64,000 nt of DNA, taken from contig CM035838.1 in the NCBI GenBank assembly GCA_020510985.1, forward strand, positions 342,451,700 through 342,515,699, read 5' to 3'. The position numbers were made by a program, and so were the translations under genes. This stretch comes from Pholidichthys leucotaenia (lineage: Eukaryota). Of this stretch, positions 49,601 to 62,798 are shown one piece after another. The notes below the pieces were generated by a model that saw only the letters and a list, made by a program, of their open reading frames with translations, was not told the origin of the DNA and searched no databases. Positions within the stretch are counted from its first letter, which is position 1, and every line of letters starts with the position of its first letter.

Positions 49601-50922
49601 CAGTTGCAATCAAAATCCTTCAACCCCCACCACAAATTAGGTTTATTGGCAAAATGTACAAACTAGCAGCTGTTTGCAGTAAACAAATCAAACAAGAAAA
49701 ATTTAAATGGCTCAACACAGCTAATTTTACAAGTGGTTTCTCCAAATTCAACACAAGCTGTCACCTTTAATGACTACTGCAGCCGCAAAGTTAGTCAACC
49801 CCTTCATGGCAAGCCTCTTGAGTATGACCTGCTGCAAATGTGATGCATAGCCAGACACCAGCCTCTTAGTCCATTCCTCATGGGCAAAGGCCTCCAGTTC
49901 ACTCATATTCTTGGGTTTGTGTGCTGCAACTGCCTTTTTCAAATTTTAGTTTTTCAGTGGAATTCAAGTCAGGCAACTGTGATGACCACTCTAGTATCTT
50001 CCAGGACTTCTGAGACCAAGCCTTGGTGGACTTTGAGGTATGCTCGGGATCATTGTCCTGTTAGAAGGTCCAATGATTCCCAAACTCCAGTTCCTCACAG
50101 ACGGCATAACATTTTCTCCCAGAATTTCTTGATACGTGATTGAATCCATCTTACCCTCCACATGCCACAGAGGAAGCAAAGCAGCCTCAGAGCATCACTG
50201 AGCCACTGCCATGCTTCACTGTAGACAGGGTGTTCTTTTCAACATACGCTTCATTCTTCCTCTAGACATACCGCTGATCCACAGGCCCAGAGAGTTCCAG
50301 TTTTGTTTCATTACTCCACAGAACAGAATCCCAAAACCTCTTTGGCTTATTTAAAAAGTTTTGAGCAAATTGGAGCCGACTTTTTTTGTGCTTTTGGGTC
50401 AGTAGTGGGGTACATCTTGGATTTTAGGCATGGAGCCCTTCGGTGTTTAGTATGTGCCTTACTGTGGAAACTGAAACATACCTGCTGCCACCAAGTCTTG
50501 CTGCAGGTCTTCTGCAGTCAGTCGAGGGTTTTTGATTACCTGCCTCCTCTGGGGTCTGGTGACAGCTGATGATAGCTTCCTCTTTCTGCCACATCCAGGT
50601 AGTGTAGCCACTGTTCCTTTACCGTTAAACTTATGAACTATGTTGCAGTGCCTGGTGCAATTAAAGAAGCTTTTGATTGGCTGCACACCTGATCTGCAAA
50701 TGTGTGCCACTATGAGGAATTTTGTTCAGGGGTTGAATATTTTTGAGACTGCAGTAGTCATTGAAAGTAGGATTTAGTGTTGAATTTGGACAAAATCGTA
50801 ACATCAGTTTTATTTAACTAAACTGTTCTTGTGTAATTCACTTATTGCAAACACTTCAAAATTTTTAAATTTTGCCAGTAACCTAAAATGTAATGGGGGA
50901 TGAATAATTTTGATTGCAACTG
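49601..50922 (-). mobile_element. Tc1-like DNA transposon, degenerate
   Basis: Termini 'TA|CAGTTGCAATCAAAAT…' on both ends. Transposase remnants 'IVHKFNGKGTVATLPGCGRKRKL…NPRLTAEDLQQDL' and 'LEAFAHEEWTK…ASHLQQVI'. Confidence 0.75.
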
Positions 50923-51128
50923 TATGCATTCTCACCCTGGTGGTTTCATATCCATTTTTTGGTAACACTAGCTCTACCTTTGGTGTCTTGTTAAAATGTA
51001 ATTAAAGTTTAAAACATCCTGAGGGATCCTGTGGTTAGATATTCTGCTACTTTGGGAGACTCAACATGACTGTACCTTTAGCACACTAGCACAGGAGAGG
51101 GCAATGGTTTTTTGTTTGTTTGTTTTTT

Positions 51129-53361
51129 TTAGTAGACTTGTGGCGGGTTGGTGTAACCCCCACAACAGACTGGACAGACACAGCGCTCGGCTAGAGCAAT
51201 TAACAGAACAGTGAAATGTGTGTATTAATGTCTACAGGCAGCCCCGCTTCTTCTGGCTCACTACTGTGATGTTAATGTGCCTTTCATGCATTGTGTTCAT
51301 GCGTCCTGTCCTTACTGTGACCTAGAGACTGAGATCAATATGTAGATGTGCCTTGTAACCTCTTTGTCTTCCAGCTGGAGCAGAGGCCAGCAATCTGCCT
51401 ATTGTGATGTATGTCTCTCAAATGCAAATGTCTCATGCCTGTTCCGCAATCTCTTTGATCATACCAACTGCTGGGGAATGCTCTTTTATGTATTGTTGTA
51501 GTTGGGTATATACTGTATACTGCACTGTAATCCATGCTCATCCTCTCATTCACTCACTCTTCAGCTGCTGCTGCAGACACACACTTTGTGTCTCCTCCTC
51601 TGAGAGCCTGAGGATCCCGCTCCGGTCTGCTCACACTTGCACCGGAGCGGGGATCCTGTGAAGGCGGTATGATTTAATAAACTCTACTTAAAACCTTCAC
51701 CAACGCTGCCTTATTTCATGCCGCTTCACTGGTGACCCCGAACATGCACACGTTTTGTGCATCGCAACCTTCTGGTCTGGACATCCACGCTGAACCAGCC
51801 GAGGGACACAAGACGTCTCCTCCCTCTCGCCGCTCCAACGCACCATGACCTGAAGGCAGAAAAGAACACGTTGACAATGAACGCAGCACCCGGCAGTGAT
51901 GCTCCGACAACAAGTGAACGCAGCAGCTCCCTTCTGCTTCAGGGAACTCTCTGGACATCACTCACGACCGGGAAAGCCGCAGCAACTTCATGGTGAGATC
52001 TGCACGCCTAGACCGGCACATCCACGCTTGGACTGGCCGCTCTCACAGCTTCTGACACATGATTCTGTGTCTCCTTACGAGAGCGCACGCACCTCGTCCT
52101 TTCTCCACAACGGCGACCTCCACGGCCGATGGAGCACACGTAGACCTGAACGCACCATGACCCATCTGCTGCAACTACAACAGGGATGATTAAGCTCCCT
52201 GACCCTGGCTTTTCCTCTCCAGCTGGCCCACCCACGCACGGAGCCCCGGCACACGCACCGGGGAGTTACGAGGACGGCGCACCACGCACGGGACACATAC
52301 GGCTCCACTGACTGCCTTCCTTCTGCTGCACACTGGCCCTTCAGGCTTGCTCGTACACCTGAGGTACGCAGCTTGCTCACTGGATTTTATGGTCTTAGCC
52401 ACGGCACACAAGGGGAATTCAGCTGTCTGCGGTTCCCGAGGCTTTAGGGTTGCGCCTGCACCTAAAAGTCAAACACGCCAAGTCCCTTTGCTTCCTTTTT
52501 TTTTTTTCCTTACAGCCGCTCCTGTTTTTCTTCACGGCCACGAGAGGAGTCAGAGACTAATTTTTCTTCTTGTGATCTCCGCACGCTCAACGGGACAGCC
52601 CCTCGACGTCGCGGACCAACAAGCAATTTTTGCGCGGCTCGGACAATTTCACTGCTCTCGGCCGGCACTTACCACCACCCCCCCCTCCACCTGCACAGAG
52701 CTTCTCCTGCTCGCTGCCCAAGCTGCATGATCGAGACCTCGGCCGCCTGCTGAGCCCTCTGGGAGGGAGCGTGTGGCGGGTTGGTGTAACCCCCACAACA
52801 GACTGGACAGACACAGCGCTCGGCTAGAGCAATTAACAGAACAGTGAAATGTGTGTATTAATGTCTACAGGCAGCCCCGCTTCTTCTGGCTCACTACTGT
52901 GATGTTAATGTGCCTTTCATGCATTGTGTTCATGTGTCCTGTCCTTACTGTGACCTAGAGACTGAGATCAATATGTAGATGTGCCTTGTAACCTCTTTGT
53001 CTTCCAGCTGGAGCAGAGGCCAGCAATCTGCCTATTGTGATGTATGTCTCTCAAATGCAAATGTCTCATGCCTGTTCTGCAATCTCTTTGATCATACCAA
53101 CTGCTGGGGAATGCTCTTTTATGTATTGTTGTAGTTGGGTATATACTGTATACTGCACTGTAATCCATGCTCATCCTCTCATTCACTCACTCTTCAGCTG
53201 CTGCTGCAGACACACACTTTGTGTCTCCTCCTCTGAGAGCCTGAGGATCCCGCTCCGGTCTGCTCACACTTGCACCGGAGCGGGGATCCTGTGAAGGCGG
53301 TATGATTTAATAAACTCTACTTAAAACCTTCACCAACGCTGCCTTATTTCATGCCGCTTCA
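51129..53361 (+). mobile_element. Element E: non-autonomous LTR retroelement (TRIM/LARD-like) with near-identical 600-bp LTRs
   Basis: LTRs 51129..51728 and 52772..53361, above 99% identical, TG…CA. PBS 'cTGGTGACCCCGAACATG' directly after the 5' LTR. PPT 'ctgggagggagcg' before the 3' LTR. TSD (A)GACT. The ~1.04-kb interior has no gag/pol. Confidence 0.75.
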
Positions 53362-53596
53362 GACTCACCAATTTTTACAAAGCATAAACAAAGATTCACA
53401 GATTTTCCAAATATTCAAAAACTAGTCACAGTTTACAACAGATACACAGTATCACTAGCTATAAAGAAAAATCTACCTCAATGCCATTTAAAAATTCAGT
53501 CCAGTCTCACCAAAATGTGTACAAATAACATGGTTTCTCACCACTTAGAAATTATGGAGCATGTGCACAAAGAAATAAAGAAATGAATTTTTTTTT

Positions 53597-53770
53597 TTTT
53601 TTTTTTAGATTTAGTATACTTTATTGATCCCCAGAGGGGAAATTGAGGGTCATCCACCACCTGGATGGATGAAGCAGCCACGATACGGCGCTATCCCTTG
53701 ACCATTCACACACACATTCACACCTAGGGCCACTTTAGAGTCTCCAATTAACCTAACCTGCATGTTGAAA
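53597..53770 (-). repeat. SINE/LINE-tail-like fragment beginning with poly-T
   Basis: 'ttttttttttttttttt…ggccactttagagtctccaattaacctaacctgcatgtt' resembles a common teleost repeat tail. Confidence 0.35.
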
Positions 53771-54295
53771 TGAGAAAGAAGGTGGTGCATGATGAAGTCG
53801 GAGCTAATAAATGTTAAGAAAAAGCAACTTTTCATACAATCATTGCACAGAGGAAAAAGAAGTCTGAGAAAATGGTGCATGCGACCATCGACGCTGCCAT
53901 TATTTGACAATCTGTATAATTACTTGGGTTATGATGAGCCATAAAATGTTCTGTATGTGCTCCCTTCCTCAATATTCTTTTGAATTTGGACCGTTGTTTA
54001 TCCGATTCACTTTTGAAGTTGTGCCGCCATAAACAGGCAGAGTGGAGCAGCAATGAGAACCAGGAAATGTGAAGGAGGAGATAAAGTGGACCAATCACAA
54101 CGGTCTGTCACCTGATGTGTACCTCTCCTCCTATAGAGGTGCACATCAGGTGATGCAGGGGGTTATTGCTCTGTTGCCACCGCAGCTGCGTCGCGTAAGT
54201 CCAGCTTTAGAGCAGTCCAGTGGATCTCCATGAAAAAAGTTACATCAAGGACCCAACAAAAAAGGTTTCTGGAGTGAGAGAGGGGAAAGGAGTGA

Positions 54296-54365
54296 GACTC
54301 ACTTCAAAAGAGTGAGCTCTTAGCGCTTAGCGCTGTGAGCGCTTAGCTGTGAGCGCTTAGCGCTG
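54296..54365. repeat. Minisatellite (GAGCGCTTAGC-type units)
   Basis: 'agcgcttagcgctgtgagcgcttagctgtgagcgcttagcgctgttagc'. Confidence 0.6.
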
Positions 54366-54399
54366 TTAGCTCAGAAGCGAATATTACCTTTACACCGGG

Positions 54400-54850
54400 G
54401 TGGAGATCATTGAGAGATCCCTGAGTGATGATAAAATGGCCAGATCTCCAAACAATCTTTCAACAGTCACCAAGATCTCTCAATGATTTTCACGGAGCTC
54501 AAGCATCCTCAAAGTTTTGTCCAGTTCCAAAACAATCAATGATCTCCAAAGGGAAGTGATCTCTCAATGAGCACTAAACGATTTGATCAATCTCCCAGTG
54601 AGATCTCTCAGCTATCTTTCACTGAGCTCTATTGGTCTTTCATTAAACACTCAGCAATCCCTCAATGATCTCTCAGCCATCTCTGCCTTCGGGCTGGAAA
54701 AATTTGGCATTCATTGAAAGATCACAGAGATCATTTGGAGAACAATGAGATTGCTGAGTGCTCCTTGAGCTCTTCTTAACCACTCAATGTCATTGATCTC
54801 CCAATGATCTCTCAGCGATCTTTCAATGATCTCTCAGTGATCTGTTATCC
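54400..54850. repeat. Degenerate tandem array of ~20-25-bp 'ATGATCTCTCAGYGATCT' units
   Basis: Recurrent 'gatctctcaatga', 'tctctcagcgatctttcaatgatctctcagtgatc'. Confidence 0.5.
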
Positions 54851-55945
54851 AGGTGACGTTTTGGAGACAGGAACAATTTTCCAGGTGACAGCGCTGCTGG
54901 ATAACATTGTAAACCTAAGCATGATGGCATTTTAGGATTTCCACAGCAGGAAGAACACAGCTGCAGAAGATATAAAGGTAGGCCCCTCTGCAACCCACTC
55001 GGATAGTGAATTCACATCTTTTCACATTTACACCAAGTTAACATACATTTGTGCCACATGAAAAATTTGTGAGTTTGTTTGGTGTGAACACATCTTTAGT
55101 CTTACCTGGTTGGTTTCTAGTGGTCTTAGTTTTATTCTGAAAGTGTTTGTTTACTTTGTAAAGTATTTTCCTATCTGTCCTTAGTAATGATCCTCAGTTG
55201 CTTTTTTCTCATGTGCAATTATCAGTTTTCCATGGCATTTAGCTTGAGCCCCACCTTATGGCATCATTAGACCCTCTCTAAGGCTACGGTCACACTGCAG
55301 GTCTTATTGCTCAATTCCGATTTTTTGCTGAGATACGATTTTTTTGTGTGGGCGTTCACATTATACTTTAAATGAGACCCCCATCAGACTGGAGTACGAA
55401 CGGTCTCCAGCTATGAAGTGACCCGCATACACAGAAGAAAACGTAATGTCAGACACAGCGCTGTTAGCGAAACTAAATATGAGCCCCGAATGACTGGGCG
55501 GGGGACAGAACTTCTTCACCTTTGATGCAGCACAGCAAAATAAATGTTAAAAACGTTCAGAAATGTTTATGCACAAAATAAATGAGACCAGCTTCATTCC
55601 TCTACAGGCCAGATGACCGCTGTGATCAGCTCTGGTTTAACAGAACTGATCGATTAAACAACCCTCTTTAAAATGAGACCCTGTGTCTCAATGGGATTGC
55701 CTGTGTAAATAAGGTTAATAATAAATAATCTTAGCGATTACAATAGGGCTCTTGCCCTAATAAACAGCACAGATCGTACCAGCGGCGTAACACCGGTCCT
55801 GCACAGGAGCCACCAGAGACTCCCCTCTCCTGGACTGTGTTTTCGTATGCCCCTATCTGGCCATTCCGCTCCACAGTCATTTACATATTATATGGGTTCC
55901 CTACACCGCGCCCCCCCCCCCCGCCCCAGAGTCTCAGACTGAGTG

Positions 55946-57154
55946 TCAACCCTCACGTCCTTTTGGCTTCAGTCTCTTCCCATATCTGCTGTAACGAGGG
56001 TTCTTCAACTCCGCGGGTATCTGGCTGCAGGTGGGCAATGGCGGGGGGGGGGGGAGACATTCGACTTGCCCATATGGCTGCTCTGATGAATCGTTTACCT
56101 GGGGAGTTCTCAGTGGGGGTCTTCCACGCCAAGGAGCCCAAGCCAACATCACTTGCTCTTCCGCCACCACAAAGGCGGGCTTAAGTCTGTCTATACATAT
56201 TTTCTCCCGACGACTCCCCAAGTCTAACAAAAAATGTTTGTCCCCTGGTTCCAGCACTCTGAATGGGCCATCGTAGGGTGGGCGCAATGGGGGGGCGGTG
56301 GGCATTGTGCCTGACAAACATGAACGCCGCGTTCTTCAAAGTTTTTGGCACAAAAGCGCGTGGAAAACAGTGGTGGGCCGGGCCCGGTAGCGTGCCTGTG
56401 TCCACGCTATGCTGCGAACGCTGAGACAGATGGTTGTTCGGCGTGGTATTATCTGGTAAAAAATTCCCCGGGGAGCCGCAGTGGCTGAGAAAAAACAAGC
56501 TCCGCCGGGGAAGCCTCCAAATCCTCTTTTGGTGCGGAACGCAACCCTAACAGAACCCACGGCAACCGGTCTACCCAATTTGCATCCGTAAGCGAAGCCC
56601 TGAGCGCTGCTTTCAGTGACCTATGGAAACACTCGCATAACCCATTGGCCTGTGGGTTGTACGCGGTTGTGCGATGAATTGCGACACCCAGGCTACGGGC
56701 CATCCCGGACCAGAGGTCTGAAACAGACTGAGGGCCCCTATTGGACGTGATGTCCGAAGGGATGCCAAAACGTGCCACCCATGTTGTCAAAAAGGCGCGT
56801 GCCATGTCTGCGGACGTGGTTGCCGCTAGCGGGACTGCTTCAGCGTGTGGTGCGGTCCACCACTGTCAGAAGGTGCGTGAACCCCTGCGATGGCGAGAGG
56901 GGGCCTACGAGGTCCACGTGAACGTGGTCAAACCTCTTAGCCGGTATACGAAACGGCTCCAAAGGGGCCTTTGTGTGTCTGTGTACATTGGCTCGTTGGC
57001 ACGCTACGCAGGCTGCAGCCCACTCTTTCACCTGTTTGCACAGGCCTGGCCGTACGAACTTCGCTCCCACCATTTTGACTGACGCGCACACTCCTGGGTG
57101 CGCCAGAGCATAAACTGACTCAAACACGCAGTGGCGCCAAGCAACTGGGACCAC
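55946..57154 (-). CDS. Copy C integrase (fragmented)
   Basis: 'CVACQRANVHRH', '[28 protein letters not shown]', '[15 protein letters not shown]', '[32 protein letters not shown]'. Confidence 0.75.
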
Positions 57155-57179
57155 CGGGCGCGGCCGTCCCGTGGAGACG

Positions 57180-59164
57180 TCACAGATTGGGGGAGGAGGG
57201 CGGGGGGCTTCCGTCTTGCAGTACTCTGCTCTCCAGCCTTAACCCTGTTGGTCCAGACTGGAGCGCGCACACGTCCGCATCGCCAATCTGCTCTGCGACC
57301 ATGGCTGTATAATCTATCCCTACGCAGACTGGGGCCGCTGCTGCGCGCGAGAGGCAGTCCGCCACCACATTCAGTTTACCCAACACATGCTGAATATCGG
57401 TCGTAAACTCCGAGATCGCGGCTAGCTGTCTCTGCTGCCGGCCCAACCATGGTTTCGAAACCTTGGCCATCACATACGTTAGCAGCTTGCGGTCCACGAA
57501 TGCAGTGAAACTGCGCCTTTCCAGCCAGAACTGGAAGTGGCCTATGGCCAGGTGGAGAGCCAGCAACTCTCTGTCGAATGCGCTTTACGCTCACGGTCGC
57601 GCAAAGCCCTGCTAAAAAAAGCGAGCGGCTGCCAAGAACCGGTGATGCATTGCTCCACGACGGCCCCTATGGCCACGTCTGAGGCATCGGTAGTGAGCGC
57701 TATCTGAGCCACCAGGTCCGGGTGCGCCAACAGTGCGGCGTTTGCCAGGGCTGTTTTAACCTCAGAGAATGCCTGCTCCCGCTCCGGAGTCCAGTCGACT
57801 CTGTCCGCCGGTTTCCGTTTCTTGAGCGCGGCGTACAATGACTGCATGAGCTGAGCTGCGCGGGGGAGGAACCGGTTATAAAAGTTAACCATCCCCAAAA
57901 CCTCTTGCAGCGCCCTGACCGTCTAAGGCCGGGGAAAATTCGCCACAGTGCGCACCTTGTCCGGCAAAGGCATCGCTCCCTGCGGTGAGATGCGGTGTCC
58001 CAAAAAATCAATCCCCGTCATGCCAAACTGGCATTTCGCTGGGTTGATTATTAACCCGTGCTCCTCCAACCTCCGGAAAACCATCCTGAGGTGGGTTACG
58101 TGCTCGTCCTCGGACGCGCTGGCCACCAGGATGTCATCCAGGTAGACAAACACAAACGGCAGATCGCGCAACACCACATCCATCATGCGTTGGAATGTCT
58201 GTGCCACGCCCTTTAATCCGAAGGGCATGCGTAAAAACTCAAACAGGCCAAACGGAATTATTACCGCCGTTTTGGGTATGTCCTCCCTGCGCACCGGGAC
58301 CTGGTGGTAACCACGGACCAGATCTATTTTAGAAAAAATATGCGCCCCAGCAAGGTGAATGGAAAAATCCTGAATTTGGGGAATCGGGTAGCGGTCGTGC
58401 GCTGTGGCGTTATTCAATCTGCGGAAATCTCCGCACCATCGCCACGATCCCTTGGCCTTAGGGACCATGTGTAGTGGGGATGCCCATGGGCTGTTTGAGC
58501 ACCTAATGATGCCCAACCTTTCCAAGTTGGCAAACTCCTCACGCGCTATGGCCAGTTTAGCTGTGTCCAGGCGCCGAGGTCGTGCAAAAACGGGCGGCCC
58601 AGTGGTGGTGATAAAGTGCTCCACCCCGTGTTTAGTGATGGCCGCTGAAAACATCAGGACTATGAGTGCTGGGAACTGAGTGAGCAGTGTGTGGAACTTA
58701 CCGCCTGGAGCTGTGACGGCTAGCGTTGTTGGCCCGGCCCCTCGAGCTGTACAGGGGAAAGAATCAAAAGACATTGCATTAACCAAGCATCTGTTAGCAA
58801 CATCGACTAGCAGCCCGTGTGCACACAGAAAATCAGCGCCCAAGATTGGGAAACTGCATGCCGCTATGACAAATGTCCACTCGTACATACGGCCGTGTAG
58901 GGATACAGCCAGTGTCCTCTCACCAAAAGTCCTAATGTCCGAGCCGTTTGCGGCCATCAGCTCGGGGCCGCTTGCTCCCGCTAGCCGGTCGGTGTAGGAC
59001 GGCAGGATGAGGCCCTTTTGGGAGCCGGTGTCTACGAGGAACCGTCTCCCCGAGCGCGAGTCCATCACATAGAGCAGCTTGTTTTCTTCACCGGCGGTCG
59101 CAGCTGCTACTGACTGCCGGCCTTGGCGTTTCCAGAACGCTTGAATTGGCATGGTGGCACACAT
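57180..59164 (-). CDS. Copy C protease, RT and RNase H (413-aa ORF plus fragments)
   Basis: 'FLVDTGSQKGLILPS', '[30 protein letters not shown]', 'VFVYLDDILVAS'. Confidence 0.8.
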
Positions 59165-59891
59165 CGGCGTGCGTTCTCTCCAAAGCGGCAGTGGTGGGAG
59201 CAGAGCGTGTCTCTCTGGCGCTTCCTGGCCCCGCTGCCATCGCCGACTCCTCGCTTCCGCTGGTCATCTCGCTGGGTTCCGACACCACTGCGTTCACTGT
59301 GAGGGCTCTGGTGGTGAGGATGATCCGATCTGCCCCTTGGGCTTGCGCACGGTAGTCACGCGCGGCCAGCAACAGCGAGTTGGCCAGGACCGCTCTTGCC
59401 TCTGTTGGGAGGTTCCAGAGGAAAAGGTGGGCAAACAGAAAATGCCCGTCGTCCGTGCCCATCAACGCCAACATCTTCTCCATCAGTTCGACCGCCGACC
59501 CATCTCCTAACTCGAAGTGCCTCAGGAGCCTCTCTGCTCTCTCACAGTCTGAGAGTGTGTAGCGCCGGGTCAGCGCGGCTTTGAGAGTCCCGTATTTATC
59601 GTGGGCTGGAGGCTGTTTGAGCAGGCTCGCTACTTGCTGAGACGTGCGAGCGTCCAGCGCTGCAACCACATAGTAATATCTGGTGTCATCTGCCGTTATT
59701 CCCCGGAGGGCGAACTGAGCCTCGGTGTGGAGGAACCAAGACTGCGGGTCGTGCAGCCAAAAGTCCGGTAGTTTGACCGAAACGGCGCACGTGTTGCTGG
59801 GGCTTTCCGTCCGGGCCATCTCTGGGATGCTTGCTGTGTTGCTGGGGCTTCCCATCCGGGCCGACTCCGGGGTTTTTGCCTCGTGTTCCAT
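59088..59891 (-). CDS. Copy C gag (267 aa)
   Basis: 'VKLPDFWLHDPQSWFLHTEAQFALRGI'. Confidence 0.75.
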   Translation of the reverse strand: MEHEAKTPESARMGSPSNTASIPEMARTESPSNTCAVSVKLPDFWLHDPQSWFLHTEAQFALRGITADDTRYYYVVAALDARTSQQVASLLKQPPAHDKYGTLKAALTRRYTLSDCERAERLLRHFELGDGSAVELMEKMLALMGTDDGHFLFAHLFLWNLPTEARAVLANSLLLAARDYRAQAQGADRIILTTRALTVNAVVSEPSEMTSGSEESAMAAGPGSARETRSAPTTAALERTHADVCHHANSSVLETPRPAVSSSCDRR

Positions 59892-60449
59892 AATTCGTCA
59901 AGGGTCACCAGTGTGGAGAGTGCAAATAAAGAAACCAGACTTGCACGGCAGGTGAACTTTATTCACTCTCTCACTTCATTCATACACAGAAAAAGCATTC
60001 TCCTCATACACCAGGGTCTCTCCTTTTATATCACCACACTCCTTCCCCCTGCTGTCTGAGATCTTGCATCACAATACATTCAACACATCATCCCCCTACT
60101 GTCCCCGCAGCTACTCCTTCCTGCTGCATCACTGTAACTTCTCCCATCACAATACCTATTGTCCTCATCTGTTTAATCCCCCACGCTCTACCGGCAGACG
60201 GACTATTTGCCTCCCCTCTGCTTCCAGTCCGAGATGATTATCCCAGCGTGGGTTCCCTACACCGTGTTTATTTTGTACCCCAGTCAGTTCATTTTCTCTG
60301 GTGCTTTGCCACAGCATTTTTTTAAATTATGTAATAAATCTTAGTCTTCTAGATTATTGAAAAGTTACTTTACTCCGGGAGGACTTTCTATCAAATGCAT
60401 TTAGTCTGTGGTTAACAAAATATAAACTCTTCATAAATATAATCCAATA

Positions 60450-62026
60450 TAGCGGGGAAAATAAGTATTGAACACATCAACATTTTTCTCATTAAACACA
60501 TTTCTGATGGAGCCATTGACCTGAGATTTTTACCAGATATCAGTAACAACCCAAGTGATCCATACATACAAAGAAATCAAGGCAACTGCATTCACAGAAC
60601 AAGTTATAGTTAATAAAGTGGAATGGCACAGGGTTAAGTATTGAACACGTGAAGAAAAAGCAGTACAAAAAGGCATAGAAAGCCAAGAAACCAGCTGAAG
60701 TCCATCAGAATTTAAGAAGCCATCCCATCCACCATCAATGCAAATTAATTTCAGCTAGTTAAGTCCTGACCAATAGCCTTTAAAAAGGTCTGTGAATATC
60801 AGATTGTCACACCATAAGAACTCATGATGGGTAGAAACAAAGAGCTCTCTCTAGACCTTCACAACCTTATTGTTGCAAAACATAATGATGGCATTGGATA
60901 CAGGCGCATTTCTAAACTGCTGAATGTTCCAATGAGCACTGTTGGAGCCATCATTCGGAAGTGGAAAGATCATCATTTTACCATAAACCGGCCATGACCA
61001 GGAGCTCCTCACAAGATTTTTGACAGAGGAGTCAAAAGAATTATCAGAACAGTTATCTAAGAGCCAAAGACCACTTGTGGAGAGCTCCAGAAAGACCTGG
61101 ACTTAGCAGGTACTGCTGTTTAAAAAAATAAATAAATAAATAATAATAATAATAATGCACTCAACAGACATGGGCTCTATGTTCACCCACCTCGCAAGAC
61201 TCCACTGCTGAAGAAAAAGCATGTTGAAGCTCATTTAAAGTTTGCTACACAACATGTGGACAACCCAGTAAAATAGTGGGAGAAAATAGTCTGGTCAGAT
61301 GAGCCCAAAATTGAACTTTTTGGATGCCACAACACAGCATGTTTGGAGGAGAAAAGGCACTGCACAGCCCATCATGGTGTGGGGGTGTTTTTCGGCACAT
61401 GGTACAGGCACACTTCATATAATTGAAGGAAAGATGAAAGGACAAATGTACAGAGACATCCTTAATAAGAACCTGTTGCCATCTGCCAAGATGTAGAAGA
61501 CGAAATGAGGGTGGACATTTCAGCAAGACAATGATCCCAAACACACAGCCCAGGAAACTCAACTGACTCCAGAGAAGGAAAATTAAGCTGCTAGGATGTC
61601 CCAGTCAGTCACCTGACCTGAATCCAATTGAAAATCTATGGAATGAACTGAAGATCAGAGTTCATAGAGGACACCCACGGAACCTTCAGGATTTGAAGAC
61701 GGTTTGTGTGGAAGAATGGGCTAAAATCACTCCTGAGCAATGCCTGTGCCTCGTTTCTCCATACAGGAAGCTGTTATTACTAACAAAAGCTTTGCTACTA
61801 AATATTAAATGAATTTCACCAAGCATGTTCAATACTTATCCCATGTGTCATTCCCCTTTATTAAATATAACTTGTTTTGTGAACACAGTTGCCTTGCTTT
61901 CTTTGCATGTATGGATTACTTGGGTTGTTACTGATATCTGGTGGAAAATCTCAGGCCAATGGCTCCATCAGAAATATGTTCAACAAGGAAAAATGTTGAT
62001 GTCTTCAATACTTATTTTCCCCACTG
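60450..62026 (+). mobile_element. Tc1-like DNA transposon, degenerate
   Basis: Termini 'ta|TAGCGGGGAAAATAAGTATTGAACAC' and 'GTCTTCAATACTTATTTTCCCCACTG|ta'. Transposase remnants 'MGRNKELSLDLHNLIVAKHNDGIGYRRISKLLNVPMSTVGAIIRKWK' and '[35 protein letters not shown]'. Confidence 0.75.
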
Positions 62027-62798
62027 TATAACCAGAATCATAAAGGAATATTTTGTTAGCCATAGAAGAAGAACAATGGTTTTAACTCTAATTTCAATGA
62101 AATAAAAATAAATTCAATAAAATAACTAAAGCTGCAGTCATTTCTGATCAGAACAATTACCATGTAAAAACAAATATTAACAACCAGTTTATGAACACGT
62201 CACAGCTTCCCTATCACAGCAGCTTAGTTTTCCTTATATATTACATTTATTTTTAAAGTGCTTCACTAAACATATGAGGAACAGAGCTGGTTACAAATGA
62301 AGGTGGGTATGGCTGTGTAGTTGTGCATGTACATGTTGGACATATGCATATGTGATTTAACTAGTGTGCATGTATATGTTGGACATATGCATATGTGATT
62401 TAACCTCACGATGAAGGAGACGCAGAGTCTGAGCCCCCTGCGGAGGACAGCGAGAGAAGACATAGGTGTGGACAGAAGACTTCCTGACCTCTGAGGCTCG
62501 AGAGGAGAGAGGGGGGAGTAATGTAAATAAAGGGATGATGAATGTGAATAAAGGGATTGTGATGGGGATGTGTGACCTCCCCTGCGAGGGAGATTCCTTT
62601 ATGTGAGAATGTTTAAAAGGAGGACTTTGGTGTGTTTCCTCCTCTTTGTTTGCTGCTCAAGAATGAGAGCAGACTGTGGGAATGATTGCTTGAAATAAAC
62701 TTGAATTAAATGCAATTCAGTTTCGTTATTCAAGGCTCCCCACAATTGGAGAAGGTCTCAGGGTCCCGGACTCACAGAGTTCAGTTCTGGCGAGCGCA

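Larger units (their letters stand above)
55880..60264 (-). mobile_element. LTR retrotransposon copy C (same family as A); 3' LTR reduced to ~20 bp
   Basis: 5' LTR 59912..60264 ('tgtggagagtgcaaataaag…ggttccctacaccg'). The 3' end keeps only '…gggttccctacaccg' plus the PPT 'cgcccccccccccg'. PBS 'TGGTGACCCTTGACG'. Confidence 0.75.

Noticed and set aside
55837-55900. Full 3' LTR for copy C
   Set aside because: Only about 20 bp ('gggttccctacaccg') matches the 5' LTR end. The upstream sequence is unrelated, so the 3' LTR is largely deleted or replaced. I did not annotate it as an LTR.
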